Source: a virus
Direction: 5' to 3' (one strand)
IMG/VR virus record: IMGVR_UViG_3300042673_001035
Coordinates: 1 to 64,000 of that record
DNA: 64,000 bases
Shown here: positions 38,999 to 48,032 of the stretch, one piece after another
How the letters are laid out: each line of letters opens with the position of its first letter
Position numbering within the stretch: the first letter of the stretch is position 1
Translations under genes and position numbers: made by a program
Notes under the pieces: generated by a model
What the model saw: the letters and a program-made list of their open reading frames with translations, nothing else
Databases searched by the model: none
Told to the model about the DNA's origin: nothing

Positions 38999-40090
38999 TT
39001 AATAAGTTTTAATATTTTCATTTTCACTTCTCAATCTGGATAACTCTCTAACATTACCACCCTTAGTTGATAACCAATAATTAACGGCCTTTGGGTTATT
39101 TATCCATAAATTTCTTTTATTCCAAGGAAATTCTGGATGCATATACTCTTCCCATTTTAAATCTGGAAGGTTTTCTTCTACATTTTCAGAAGTAGGTGTA
39201 TCATCAACCACAACATCAGTAGATTCAACATTTGTATCTTCTTCTTTTTTGTTAGTCTCATTTTTTTCGTTTTCGTTAACAATATTATCTCCGTAAACCT
39301 CATATAAACCCAATTTTTCATCATTTTCCATCATTTCAACTAAAATTTCTTTTTGTTTTTGTTTTTTATTCGAAATTAACCCGTTGAATGCGATAATAAG
39401 TGCGACTGCCAATGGGTCAAACACTATTACAATCAAAAATATGAAGAATTTTACAACATTTTTCAGTTCCATACCAAATGCTTCGGCAATAAACCTAAAA
39501 CCACCAACTTCTTTCTCCAAATCTAAGTTTGAGGTCTTAATTTCGTTGATTTTTTCGTTATTTTTAGCATTTTCTGTTTGTAAACCTTCAATTTTTTTGT
39601 TAATTTGAGCTGTTTGTCTATCTTTTTGGTCAATTGAACGTAAAAGACGAGAATTTACCTTACCTTTGTCTAAAATTGTGTTTTGTGTTGAGGATAACTG
39701 ACCCAATTGGGCGTTTAATTGGGTAATTTGAGCGGTATTTTGGTCAATTTTCGTAGTATAGACTAAAACTTCTCTATCTACCTGTTGCAATTTTAAGGAC
39801 TGAGATTGGAATGCATTGGAAAGATATCCAAATATACCCGCAGAAGTGATTAACATCAGTAATGCAACTGCAGAGGTCAAATACCACTTATTAAACCCCT
39901 TAATGTTTTCCCACTCTTGTTTTAAATAAGTTGCTGCAACTAACTTTGCAAACTCTAATGCACCGGCCATTACCATAACTGATACGGCTGCTCCACTAAA
40001 TAGAACACCCAAACCTGTTACGGAGAAGTAAGCTGCACATCCGGCAATAATTAGTGCAGAAAATCCGACTAAGTATTTAAGCCAATTCAT
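38999..40090 (-). CDS. Multi-pass membrane protein with coiled coil
   Basis: Three N-terminal TM helices, a coiled coil, then TM with FDPLAV. Confidence 0.7.
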   Translation of the reverse strand: MNWLKYLVGFSALIIAGCAAYFSVTGLGVLFSGAAVSVMVMAGALEFAKLVAATYLKQEWENIKGFNKWYLTSAVALLMLITSAGIFGYLSNAFQSQSLKLQQVDREVLVYTTKIDQNTAQITQLNAQLGQLSSTQNTILDKGKVNSRLLRSIDQKDRQTAQINKKIEGLQTENAKNNEKINEIKTSNLDLEKEVGGFRFIAEAFGMELKNVVKFFIFLIVIVFDPLAVALIIAFNGLISNKKQKQKEILVEMMENDEKLGLYEVYGDNIVNENEKNETNKKEEDTNVESTDVVVDDTPTSENVEENLPDLKWEEYMHPEFPWNKRNLWINNPKAVNYWLSTKGGNVRELSRLRSENENIKTY

Positions 40091-40267
40091 TTATCGATTG
40101 ATTCTGGTTAATTCGGCAACTCTCTCTACTATCTTTCTTGCATCTTCTAAAGTAGTGTGAGCAACTGATGGTGTCATTGATTGTGCACCAGTAATTCCGT
40201 TTTGTAAAATCCTTAATTTTCCGTCTAAAGATTCTAATAACATTTGTATTTTTTCGTTGTATATCAT
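40091..40267 (-). CDS. 58-aa hypothetical protein (not in ORF track)
   Basis: MIYNEKIQMLLESLDGKLRILQNGITGAQSMTPSVAHTTLEDARKIVERVAELTRINR; stop abuts next ATG; ATATTTAT at 40272-40279. Confidence 0.65.
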   Translation of the reverse strand: MIYNEKIQMLLESLDGKLRILQNGITGAQSMTPSVAHTTLEDARKIVERVAELTRINR

Positions 40268-40290
40268 AGTAATAAATATTTGTTTATAAT

Positions 40291-40324
40291 AAAAAAGGTA
40301 GAAGTGTTTAATCTCCTACCTTTT
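40291..40324. terminator. Intrinsic terminator (possibly bidirectional)
   Basis: AAAAGGTAG...CTACCTTTT hairpin with A/T tracts on both sides. Confidence 0.7.
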
Positions 40325-40346
40325 CAATATACGAAAAATAACTGAA

Positions 40347-40733
40347 TTAACCTAATTTCGGGGTTAATTTTTTTGGTTTGGACTCTTCTTTTCTTTCAAT
40401 AGTAATTAAGAGAATACCATTTTTAATTTCAGCTTTTGCTTTTTTACCATCAAAGTTTTTACCTACGGTAACTCTTTCTTCAATGTCTGAAATTAATTGA
40501 TTGAAAGGATTTTCTTTGTCCTCTTTTGTTTTTTTGGCTTTGATTTCAATCTTGTCCTCAAAACAATTGATTTCAATATCATCAGGATTGTGTCCTAATA
40601 CTGATAATGCAATTGATGCAGATTCATCTTTAATGTCTACTGCAAATTTGTTTTGAACATAAGTTGTTTTTGTTTTTGATTGTTCGATTGGAAAAAATTC
40701 TTCAAACAATTTACTGTAATCAATCATGTACAT
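40347..40733 (-). CDS. Small heat-shock protein (Hsp20/alpha-crystallin)
   Basis: VLGHNPDDIEI...AEIKNGILLITI...PKKL. Confidence 0.85.
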   Translation of the reverse strand: MYMIDYSKLFEEFFPIEQSKTKTTYVQNKFAVDIKDESASIALSVLGHNPDDIEINCFEDKIEIKAKKTKEDKENPFNQLISDIEERVTVGKNFDGKKAKAEIKNGILLITIERKEESKPKKLTPKLG

Positions 40734-40810
40734 AATATAAATGTTTTTAGTTAATAATACTCTATATAGTCCAAATACTATACCAAAGGACTACTTTTGA
40801 CATTTTGACA

Positions 40811-41458
40811 TTAAATTATGTTATCTTGTCTTTCAATGATTGTAGACATATGGTCTGCCCAATGCATAATAAATTGTAACTTATAAACCAATTGTTTCTT
40901 TAAGTCGTGACCTGCTAAATACTTTTGATTATCTTCATCATACATACCATCGGTAAGTTTAATTGCAAAATATTCTTTCTCATTATACTGAATGCCGTAA
41001 TGGTTCAATGTAAAAAAAGTTCTATCGGTTAGTGTCATATATGGAATATTCTCATTACGAACAAATAAAGTTCCGTATTTTTTTTGAGACCACTCTTCCT
41101 GGTTTGGTAAATAATGTAATTCACCTTTAACACCCAGCTTTCCTAAATCGTGATGTAGACAACTAAATATCAATTCTTCTTCGGTGAAATCAATCTCTCC
41201 ACCCTGTGATACAAATAGGTCTCTCATTTTAAGAGCGTTCTTACATACATTAAAGATGTGGTCTATATACCCACCTATATATGCGTTATGATAGTGTTTT
41301 GAGCCAGATGCGGCCGATAGTGTAAGGTTAACACCCAATTCTTCTTCGGAATACATATGGAGTAATTTCTCCAATCTTTCTCCTGTGAAATATTTTTTAA
41401 TTATACCTATAAATCGGTCATAATTTGCTTTTAATTCTTGTTCTGTCTTTTGTTTCAT
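40811..41458 (-). CDS. HD-domain phosphohydrolase
   Basis: HNAYIGGYIDH...LHHDLGK...HWAD. Confidence 0.8.
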   Translation of the reverse strand: MKQKTEQELKANYDRFIGIIKKYFTGERLEKLLHMYSEEELGVNLTLSAASGSKHYHNAYIGGYIDHIFNVCKNALKMRDLFVSQGGEIDFTEEELIFSCLHHDLGKLGVKGELHYLPNQEEWSQKKYGTLFVRNENIPYMTLTDRTFFTLNHYGIQYNEKEYFAIKLTDGMYDEDNQKYLAGHDLKKQLVYKLQFIMHWADHMSTIIERQDNII

Positions 41459-41486
41459 AATTTAGAGTTTAATTGTTTATAATACT

Positions 41487-41520
41487 CTAATATACGACAA
41501 ATTTTTGATAATACCAAATT
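41487..41520 (-). promoter_or_regulatory. Bacteroidota-type sigma-A-like promoter
   Basis: TTTGGTATTATCAAAAATTTGTCGTATATTAG. Confidence 0.65.
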
Positions 41521-42002
41521 TAAATTAATGAACTTAATTTTAAATTTTTAGATACCCATACTGCCATTATTTCTCTACAACCAGATGTTATTTCTTTAAC
41601 TTCATGATATTCGGTTTTGCCGTCAAATGTTACCATATCTCCTTTTTTAAAATCAATCAACTCTTCATTAACATATAATTGTCCCCCTTCAAAATTATCA
41701 TTTAACATAATCAAATATGTTTTACTTGATTTGATGTCCAAATGTTTTTTAGCAAAATATCCAGATTCATATTTTATATAATGTAATGAATATATTATTT
41801 CATCTTTTTCTAATGTTATATATTTTGATATGGTATCGACCAATATATTATTAGTTAAATCACAATAAAATATATCTTTTAAATTTATTACGTTTTTAAA
41901 ATCGTGATATGATTTTATTTTATTGTTTTCATTTCCAAAATTATAATTTTTTAATATTATATCAATATCGTTATAATCAATTTTATTTTTAAATATCTCC
42001 AT
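41520..42002 (-). CDS. 2OG-Fe(II) oxygenase
   Basis: HLD...LNDNFEGGQL...H.V..ITSGCR. Confidence 0.85.
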   Translation of the reverse strand: MEIFKNKIDYNDIDIILKNYNFGNENNKIKSYHDFKNVINLKDIFYCDLTNNILVDTISKYITLEKDEIIYSLHYIKYESGYFAKKHLDIKSSKTYLIMLNDNFEGGQLYVNEELIDFKKGDMVTFDGKTEYHEVKEITSGCREIMAVWVSKNLKLSSLI

Positions 42003-42005
42003 AAT

Positions 42006-42629
42006 TTATATAATTTTATTTGTTTTATTCTCAAATTTTACAATTGGTTCATTCGTATTTAATAAACTATAAATTTTTTTGTAAAAGTCATAACAACCTT
42101 GCCAACCTGGATGCCAATCCATTGGATTACCCCCTTCATCCGCAATAGAAGATACTTGTATTAATTCTACAAACTCTTTTGTTTTTTCATAAAAATCATC
42201 ATTCCACGTTACAAATATTGGTTCATATTCTTTATAAAAATATTTTAACTTTTTAATAAATAGTATTTCATCGTTTCTACCGTCAGCAAGCCAACTTTCC
42301 GTTTCTTTAACTCTTAATTCTAATAATTTTTTTGCAAACGATTTGTCTTTATACCACTCCCAATTTAAATATTTTATATTGTGATTCGTTTCTCTATCTC
42401 CAAAATATCTTCTTGGAAATCTTCCAGGTGCAGTAAATACGATTACGATTCTATCTCCTTCTCTATGATTTGGAATATTTCCAGTTTGATAAACTATTGA
42501 ATGATTATCAGAACCATATTTACCGAAATTTATAATATTATAGTGATTAGATAAATAATCAACCCAATGTATTTTAGGTAAATCCCAATCAACAAAGCTA
42601 TCTCCACATATATAAAGGTTTGGCTTCAT
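42006..42629 (-). CDS. SGNH/GDSL-like protein
   Basis: CGDSF, NFGKYGSDN, DWHP. Confidence 0.6.
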   Translation of the reverse strand: MKPNLYICGDSFVDWDLPKIHWVDYLSNHYNIINFGKYGSDNHSIVYQTGNIPNHREGDRIVIVFTAPGRFPRRYFGDRETNHNIKYLNWEWYKDKSFAKKLLELRVKETESWLADGRNDEILFIKKLKYFYKEYEPIFVTWNDDFYEKTKEFVELIQVSSIADEGGNPMDWHPGWQGCYDFYKKIYSLLNTNEPIVKFENKTNKII

Positions 42630-43126
42630 ATTAATTTATTTGTTTCTAATTTTATGTGTTCATTTTGTAAAAACCAAATTAATGAATATCTATCTCCTTC
42701 TAAAATGGGTGTTATTTCGTGTTCAATTCTTACATCAAATATATAGGTATTTCCTATTTCTTTATTTAACACATATTCATCCGAATTATATAATTTAAAA
42801 TTTCCTCCCTCAAAATCATCATTCAATAATACACCCACTGCGTAAACTCTATTATCTCTAATATCATTATGTTTTCCAAACCATGCACCTTTTGTAAATT
42901 TATGAAAATGTATCCTTTTGTTTATTGTTCTGATTGTAATGTTTGTTTCCTTTTGTAAAAACTCCTTCAACTTATCAAATAACCAAATAGTATTTTTATT
43001 ATATTCTATACTCATTGATTCATACATTCTATCTTTATAGTTCCAATTTTGTTTTTTTGATTTTGATATATCAATAATTGATTGACATTCTTGTTGATTA
43101 AATAATATTTTTTGTTTTAATATCAT
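42626..43126 (-). CDS. 2OG-Fe(II) oxygenase
   Basis: HND...LNDDFEGG...HEITPILEGDRYS. Confidence 0.88.
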   Translation of the reverse strand: MILKQKILFNQQECQSIIDISKSKKQNWNYKDRMYESMSIEYNKNTIWLFDKLKEFLQKETNITIRTINKRIHFHKFTKGAWFGKHNDIRDNRVYAVGVLLNDDFEGGNFKLYNSDEYVLNKEIGNTYIFDVRIEHEITPILEGDRYSLIWFLQNEHIKLETNKLI

Positions 43127-44181
43127 AAAAGTTTTGATAAGTTTTTTCTTAATTTGTGTTTTTTAATTATATCATTCATATTATGAATGCACATTTGATT
43201 AAAACAAACTTTATTTATTTGATTTAAAAATTCTTTAAATTCAGGGTGTGATTCTGACCATATTTGTTTTATTAAAAATTCACCATCTGTATATGTTCCC
43301 CAATTTGTAATTTTATTAAAATATATTTCAACCTTTTCTTTAAGTATATTTTTCATCAATTTATAAAATGAGTCCATCTCTGTGTAATTTGTATCTTGTA
43401 CAACGAATGAAGTTCTAACTTTTTTTATTGTTTCACATTTAGAAATAAAATTTAAGTTTTCAATTAAAACGCCCCAATCCCCACCTCTTCTAATAATTTC
43501 ATATGTTTTTTGAGTTGATGCATCTATACTTATTTCTATTGTTTTTATTAAATGGTGTATGTGGCTTAAACTATTCCACATTTTTTCATTTAATAATAAT
43601 CCATTGGTATGTAAATGAATTTGTTTTATATTTGGGAATTTTTTATTATCAAAATTTAGTAATAATTTTCTAATTGATTTGGATGCAAATGGGTCTGCAG
43701 AACCTGAAAGATATAACATCTTTATATTTTTACCATAAACATCAACAATTTTATTTATTGTATTATCAATAAATTCCAATTCCGCTCCATCCGCCATAAT
43801 TGCCACATTTCTACAAGATGGACATGATAGATTACAACTTCTATCAAATGCAAAATTAATATTAGTCGGGCCGTTTTTATAATCATTAACATTAAAATTG
43901 GTTATATGTTTAAACCCCTGTGGTATGTTTTTATTAATTAACAATTCAGACAAATACGGACATTGTGTTTTTGAACAATATTTGTATGAACCATCTAAAA
44001 TTGATTCTTGTATTTTTTTTAATTCGTCACTCTCCCAAGCAGTTTCAATATCTTTTAAATTGGAAATTTTATTGGGTAACCAAGATGGACAACAACTATA
44101 TATTCCATTTTTATGTGCTTCTAAATATTCAAATGGAGTTGTACATATATATTTTTTTAGTATTTCTTCGTTTGTATCCAT
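43123..44181 (-). CDS. Radical SAM protein with N-terminal SPASM/twitch-like Cys domain
   Basis: CTTPF...SCC...YCSKTQCP; CNLSCPSC; HTNG; ISIDA. Confidence 0.88.
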   Translation of the reverse strand: MDTNEEILKKYICTTPFEYLEAHKNGIYSCCPSWLPNKISNLKDIETAWESDELKKIQESILDGSYKYCSKTQCPYLSELLINKNIPQGFKHITNFNVNDYKNGPTNINFAFDRSCNLSCPSCRNVAIMADGAELEFIDNTINKIVDVYGKNIKMLYLSGSADPFASKSIRKLLLNFDNKKFPNIKQIHLHTNGLLLNEKMWNSLSHIHHLIKTIEISIDASTQKTYEIIRRGGDWGVLIENLNFISKCETIKKVRTSFVVQDTNYTEMDSFYKLMKNILKEKVEIYFNKITNWGTYTDGEFLIKQIWSESHPEFKEFLNQINKVCFNQMCIHNMNDIIKKHKLRKNLSKLL

Positions 44182-44187
44182 TTCATC

Positions 44188-44775
44188 TTACATTAATGTT
44201 TTTTTATTTTTGAAAGCTGGAATAGTAAATAAAACATTTGCTGCGATAACAACTCTATCCTTATCCGAATTTGGAGATGTTTCGGGTCTATGATATAACC
44301 CTGCAGGGAAAACAAATAGTTCATCTTCTTCAGGTAAAATGAGTATATCTTGTTCATTATGTATAAACCCCAATCTACCATCTTTTTTTTCTAAATTATT
44401 TGGCATTTGAGCATAATATGTAAAGGTATAATCACTTATTATGGAACTTTTGACTGTTTTTGAAAATTCCATATGATTATGCCAATGGGATTGTGTAGTG
44501 TCACTTCTTAATATAAGAGCCCATGGATAGATACAATAATCTGCATTTTCAATATTTTTATCTTTATAAAATAACTCTTTACATTTTTCTACACCAAAAT
44601 TAAGTATATAATCTATCTCTTTACATTTTAATATAAGCTCTGTTTGGATACCTGGATAGTCGTATGATAAATTATGAGAAAATAATCCTACATTTTCATA
44701 AATTTTTCTAATCAAATCTTCCTTTACAAATGGAAAATTTACTTTGTATCTATGTACATTCATTTCATTAATCAT
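44188..44775 (-). CDS. 2OG-Fe(II) oxygenase-like (HxH type)
   Basis: WHNH; YYAQMP; PEEDELFVFPAGLYHRP; RVVIAAN. Confidence 0.75.
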   Translation of the reverse strand: MINEMNVHRYKVNFPFVKEDLIRKIYENVGLFSHNLSYDYPGIQTELILKCKEIDYILNFGVEKCKELFYKDKNIENADYCIYPWALILRSDTTQSHWHNHMEFSKTVKSSIISDYTFTYYAQMPNNLEKKDGRLGFIHNEQDILILPEEDELFVFPAGLYHRPETSPNSDKDRVVIAANVLFTIPAFKNKKTLM

Positions 44776-45386
44776 ATTAAGCTATTTTTACTTTTTATTT
44801 TAATATCGTTTTCAATAATCCAACCACTTATTGAATATCTTTTATAGGTTTTATCAACTATTTCATCGACGAGATGTAAATCTTTAATATTTTCAACATC
44901 AAATATATTTAAACTATTAAATTTAGGTAATAATTTATGTGTAATATTATCATTTTTATCAACAAATTGCAAGCACCCACCTTTACTTTCATCTACATCT
45001 TTTGTTAAATTATAAACAAATGCATATTTTCTATCAAACACCGAATCATTGTGTTTTGAAAGAAAACTACCATATGTATATTTTGAAATAAAAATACTTT
45101 GAGGTATGAAAAATTTGTCATTAAGTAAATTACTTAATTTAAATTCAAAATTTAACATTTTTAATAAATCATAGATAAATTCTGTATTTTCAATCTTTTC
45201 AAACCAATAAGAAAATTCACCTTTTTTAAATTTAGATTTTTCAAATTCATAAGATTTTTTATGATTAGAAGATGTTATCCAATCTTGTTGTGAATCTATT
45301 ATTTTATATATAGTTTCTGCAGTTTGTTCAGATAAAAAATTTTCTATCTGTGTTGGTTTGGTTTTTAATTCTTCTATATAATTCAT
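44772..45386 (-). CDS. 2OG-Fe(II) oxygenase (prolyl-hydroxylase-like)
   Basis: FLSKHND...FVYNLT...GGCLQF...PKFNSL...HLV...RYSISGW. Confidence 0.88.
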   Translation of the reverse strand: MNYIEELKTKPTQIENFLSEQTAETIYKIIDSQQDWITSSNHKKSYEFEKSKFKKGEFSYWFEKIENTEFIYDLLKMLNFEFKLSNLLNDKFFIPQSIFISKYTYGSFLSKHNDSVFDRKYAFVYNLTKDVDESKGGCLQFVDKNDNITHKLLPKFNSLNIFDVENIKDLHLVDEIVDKTYKRYSISGWIIENDIKIKSKNSLI

Positions 45387-45389
45387 ATA

Positions 45390-46076
45390 TTATATTAAAT
45401 TTATTTTATTTTGAAATCTTGATTCAAAGGTATTCCATAAAAAATTTTTTAAATCATCGTTTAATATAATTTTATTATTTTCTTTTTTTGTTTCATTAGT
45501 TTTTACTATTTTTAATTCTACACCAAATTTTTGGTATATAAAACTTGTAAATTTATCTAATTCTGTAATATCAAATTCGTATGTACATTTTTCATTTTCA
45601 GTCCAAAAGTTTTTAGAACCAAAAATACATAAAGTGCCAGTTAAATTTTTATTTATTTTAGTAAAAAAACCATTGTAACAATCCCGCATTTCTTCTAAAT
45701 TTTCTGAATATATTGCATTTGCAAAATTAGTATTGAAATGTTTGTAGATAAATTCATTATCAACATCTTTCCAATCTATAATTAGTTCATTTTTATGTGT
45801 GTTTTTAGAAACATCAAAAAAAAATTCTAATGCACTTAACCATCTATCAAACCAATTTCTATTAATACAAAACGTTTCTTTTATTCCAAACTCATTTATA
45901 CATTGACTTTTTCTTAAATGGTAGTGTTTTAAATTACTTTTACTATTTTTAATAAATGATTCTATTAAAGGTGATTTTTTAATTTTTAAAACTGACGATT
46001 CAAATGAATTTATTAAAGAAACAGATGCACACCTTGGTATTGAAATCCAAATAAGTTCGTTATTTATGAGTAACAT
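45390..46076 (-). CDS. Sulfotransferase-like protein
   Basis: WISIPRCASVS (5'-PSB-like), RNWFDRWLSA (3'-PB-like). Confidence 0.6.
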   Translation of the reverse strand: MLLINNELIWISIPRCASVSLINSFESSVLKIKKSPLIESFIKNSKSNLKHYHLRKSQCINEFGIKETFCINRNWFDRWLSALEFFFDVSKNTHKNELIIDWKDVDNEFIYKHFNTNFANAIYSENLEEMRDCYNGFFTKINKNLTGTLCIFGSKNFWTENEKCTYEFDITELDKFTSFIYQKFGVELKIVKTNETKKENNKIILNDDLKNFLWNTFESRFQNKINLI

Positions 46077-46088
46077 ATTAAAATATTT

Positions 46089-46358
46089 TTATAGTAACCT
46101 CTTTGATTCTGATTTTACTTTTGTAAAAAATTCATCATCTACATCTTTCCATTTACCTTTTGGACATGGATTTTGATTCTCTGAAAATATTTTTTTGGAT
46201 ATCGGACACCCACATGCCGAACAAATAGGTTTTGTTAATATAAGTTTTTTATACTCACATCCATTACATATGTTAGCTCTATTTAATGCCAACAATCTTT
46301 GGGATTCAGTTGGATTAAATGAAATTATCCAAGCATTAATTATTTCAGTAAAATTCAT
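46089..46358 (-). CDS. Small Cys-rich metal-binding protein (DUF6171-like)
   Basis: R..ICNGCE...CSACGCP...CPKGKW. Confidence 0.7.
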   Translation of the reverse strand: MNFTEIINAWIISFNPTESQRLLALNRANICNGCEYKKLILTKPICSACGCPISKKIFSENQNPCPKGKWKDVDDEFFTKVKSESKRLL

Positions 46359-46378
46359 AACTTATTAATTGAAAAAAT

Positions 46379-46456
46379 TTAAGAATTGTCACTTACTATT
46401 AATGCACCTATTTGGGTCATTATAGTATTAATTGTTGTAATTTCTTGTATAGTCAT
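46379..46456 (-). CDS. 25-aa micro-ORF (not in ORF track)
   Basis: MTIQEITTINTIMTQIGALIVSDNS; fills the gap between two genes; A-rich leader. Confidence 0.5.
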   Translation of the reverse strand: MTIQEITTINTIMTQIGALIVSDNS

Positions 46457-46477
46457 TTTATTAAATATTTTATTTTA

Positions 46478-47986
46478 TTATAAATACAAACAAACTCTAC
46501 CACCATCATAACAAGGGTTATTATAATTGTAAGTACAGGTTTCGTACATTTTATTACATCCACCAGCTCCGATACCAAATACGAAACAACGTTGGCATTG
46601 AAAGTTATGTTCGATTGCTACAAACATACCATCATCGGTTTTAGTTAAGAATAAGTGTTCATCCTGAACTCCAATCTGCCATCCATCAAATCCTTCTACA
46701 CTATTTGTTATATTTGTTACAGTTTTTTCGTTTACTTCAATTGTTTCTAAATTATCCGTTTGTACTAAAAGTATTTTATCACCTATTTGTAACATATCTA
46801 CTTCTTCATCTTCGGAATGAAGTTTTGTCCATTTAACAATATCACCTCTCTTTATAAGATATTGTGATATGGATGTATCCTGCCATGTTGTATTATCATC
46901 AAATGTAATTGTTGTCATTGGTGATAATACATTTGATTTTGTTTTAAACTGAACGACATTTGTACTAAATGTTGAATTTGATAAAAATTCATTAAAATCA
47001 ACTTGATAATTTCGTAATTCGTTTGATGAATCTAAATTTGGTTGATTTTCATATAATTTAATAGTCTTTATTATATCACCAGCTTGTAATTCTAATCCTG
47101 TTTTATATGTACCATCTGCCATCATTACCAAATCGGTGTCTAACAATTTAGGCCTACTAATATCTTGGGTGTTTGTGATATATGACTTTCTAAAGTTTGA
47201 GTCTATTTCGAAAGTTTCAGAATTATAAGTAACATTATCATACAATTGTACATTACCATGTTTAGTATATGCACCAATTGAAATAGATTCTAATGTCGAT
47301 GGATATAATAAATTATATGAACGAACTATACTGACTACATTATTTTCAATTTTATTTAAATTTAAATGATACTCCATTAAAAAATATTCATCGGTTACAT
47401 TTTGTAATACCACATCTAATTCTTCCAATGTAGTTACTTTATAAAATTTAGGGTATTCGTTTCTGTCGTATACCGGATATTTAGCTTTTAAAATAAAATT
47501 TGGATGTACTCCATTATCCGATATCGTTGTTATATTTGATATAAGTTCGTCATTTTCATTTTTATATGCAAATTGATGGCCAAATTCAGTAGATTGGATT
47601 AACTTTAAAAAATTAACTTTATCCTTACAATAAGTTTCATCCAATATCGCCGTAACATCATATGCACTTCTTATAATTAGATGTGTATCGGAATCATCAA
47701 CGTGTGGGATAGTTATATTACCACCTACTTCCTCAAAAGCATATTCAATATTTAAACCAGTACATAAAATTTCTAATTTATCGTGAAATTGTCTTATGCC
47801 ACCAATATATGTTACTTTAGTAAAGTTATTGGTAGTTATGAAATTGGATAATTCATCTAAATTAAATAAACTATTATATTGTTCTTGTGTTAGTCTGTTG
47901 ATACCTGAATTTGTGTTTGTTTCAATTGGTAATAAATTACCTACCGAATTATATACAAAGTCGGTTCCTAATAATACTGTTCTCAT
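46478..47986 (-). CDS. Circularly permuted ATP-grasp + Hint (intein-like) + 41-aa six-Cys C-terminal peptide
   Basis: N-terminal LLGTDF...IETNTNSG, later FILKAKYP, FLMEY, VRSY; Hint block A LLDTDLVMMADGT...LQAGD; ends AIEHN then FQCQRC...VCLYL. Confidence 0.75.
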   Translation of the reverse strand: MRTVLLGTDFVYNSVGNLLPIETNTNSGINRLTQEQYNSLFNLDELSNFITTNNFTKVTYIGGIRQFHDKLEILCTGLNIEYAFEEVGGNITIPHVDDSDTHLIIRSAYDVTAILDETYCKDKVNFLKLIQSTEFGHQFAYKNENDELISNITTISDNGVHPNFILKAKYPVYDRNEYPKFYKVTTLEELDVVLQNVTDEYFLMEYHLNLNKIENNVVSIVRSYNLLYPSTLESISIGAYTKHGNVQLYDNVTYNSETFEIDSNFRKSYITNTQDISRPKLLDTDLVMMADGTYKTGLELQAGDIIKTIKLYENQPNLDSSNELRNYQVDFNEFLSNSTFSTNVVQFKTKSNVLSPMTTITFDDNTTWQDTSISQYLIKRGDIVKWTKLHSEDEEVDMLQIGDKILLVQTDNLETIEVNEKTVTNITNSVEGFDGWQIGVQDEHLFLTKTDDGMFVAIEHNFQCQRCFVFGIGAGGCNKMYETCTYNYNNPCYDGGRVCLYL

Positions 47987-48007
47987 ATTTTATGTTTCTA
48001 TTTGTCT

Positions 48008-48015
48008 ATAAATAT
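48008..48015 (-). promoter_or_regulatory. ATATTTAT putative late promoter for the ATP-grasp/Hint gene
   Basis: Same octamer precedes structural genes. Confidence 0.5.
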
Positions 48016-48032
48016 AAATTAATTAAATAAAA

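Noticed and set aside
46604-47149. Canonical splicing intein
   Set aside because: No Cys/Ser at position 1, Phe at +1, no homing endonuclease, and the flanks do not rejoin into a known protein. Treated as a cleavage-only Hint domain.
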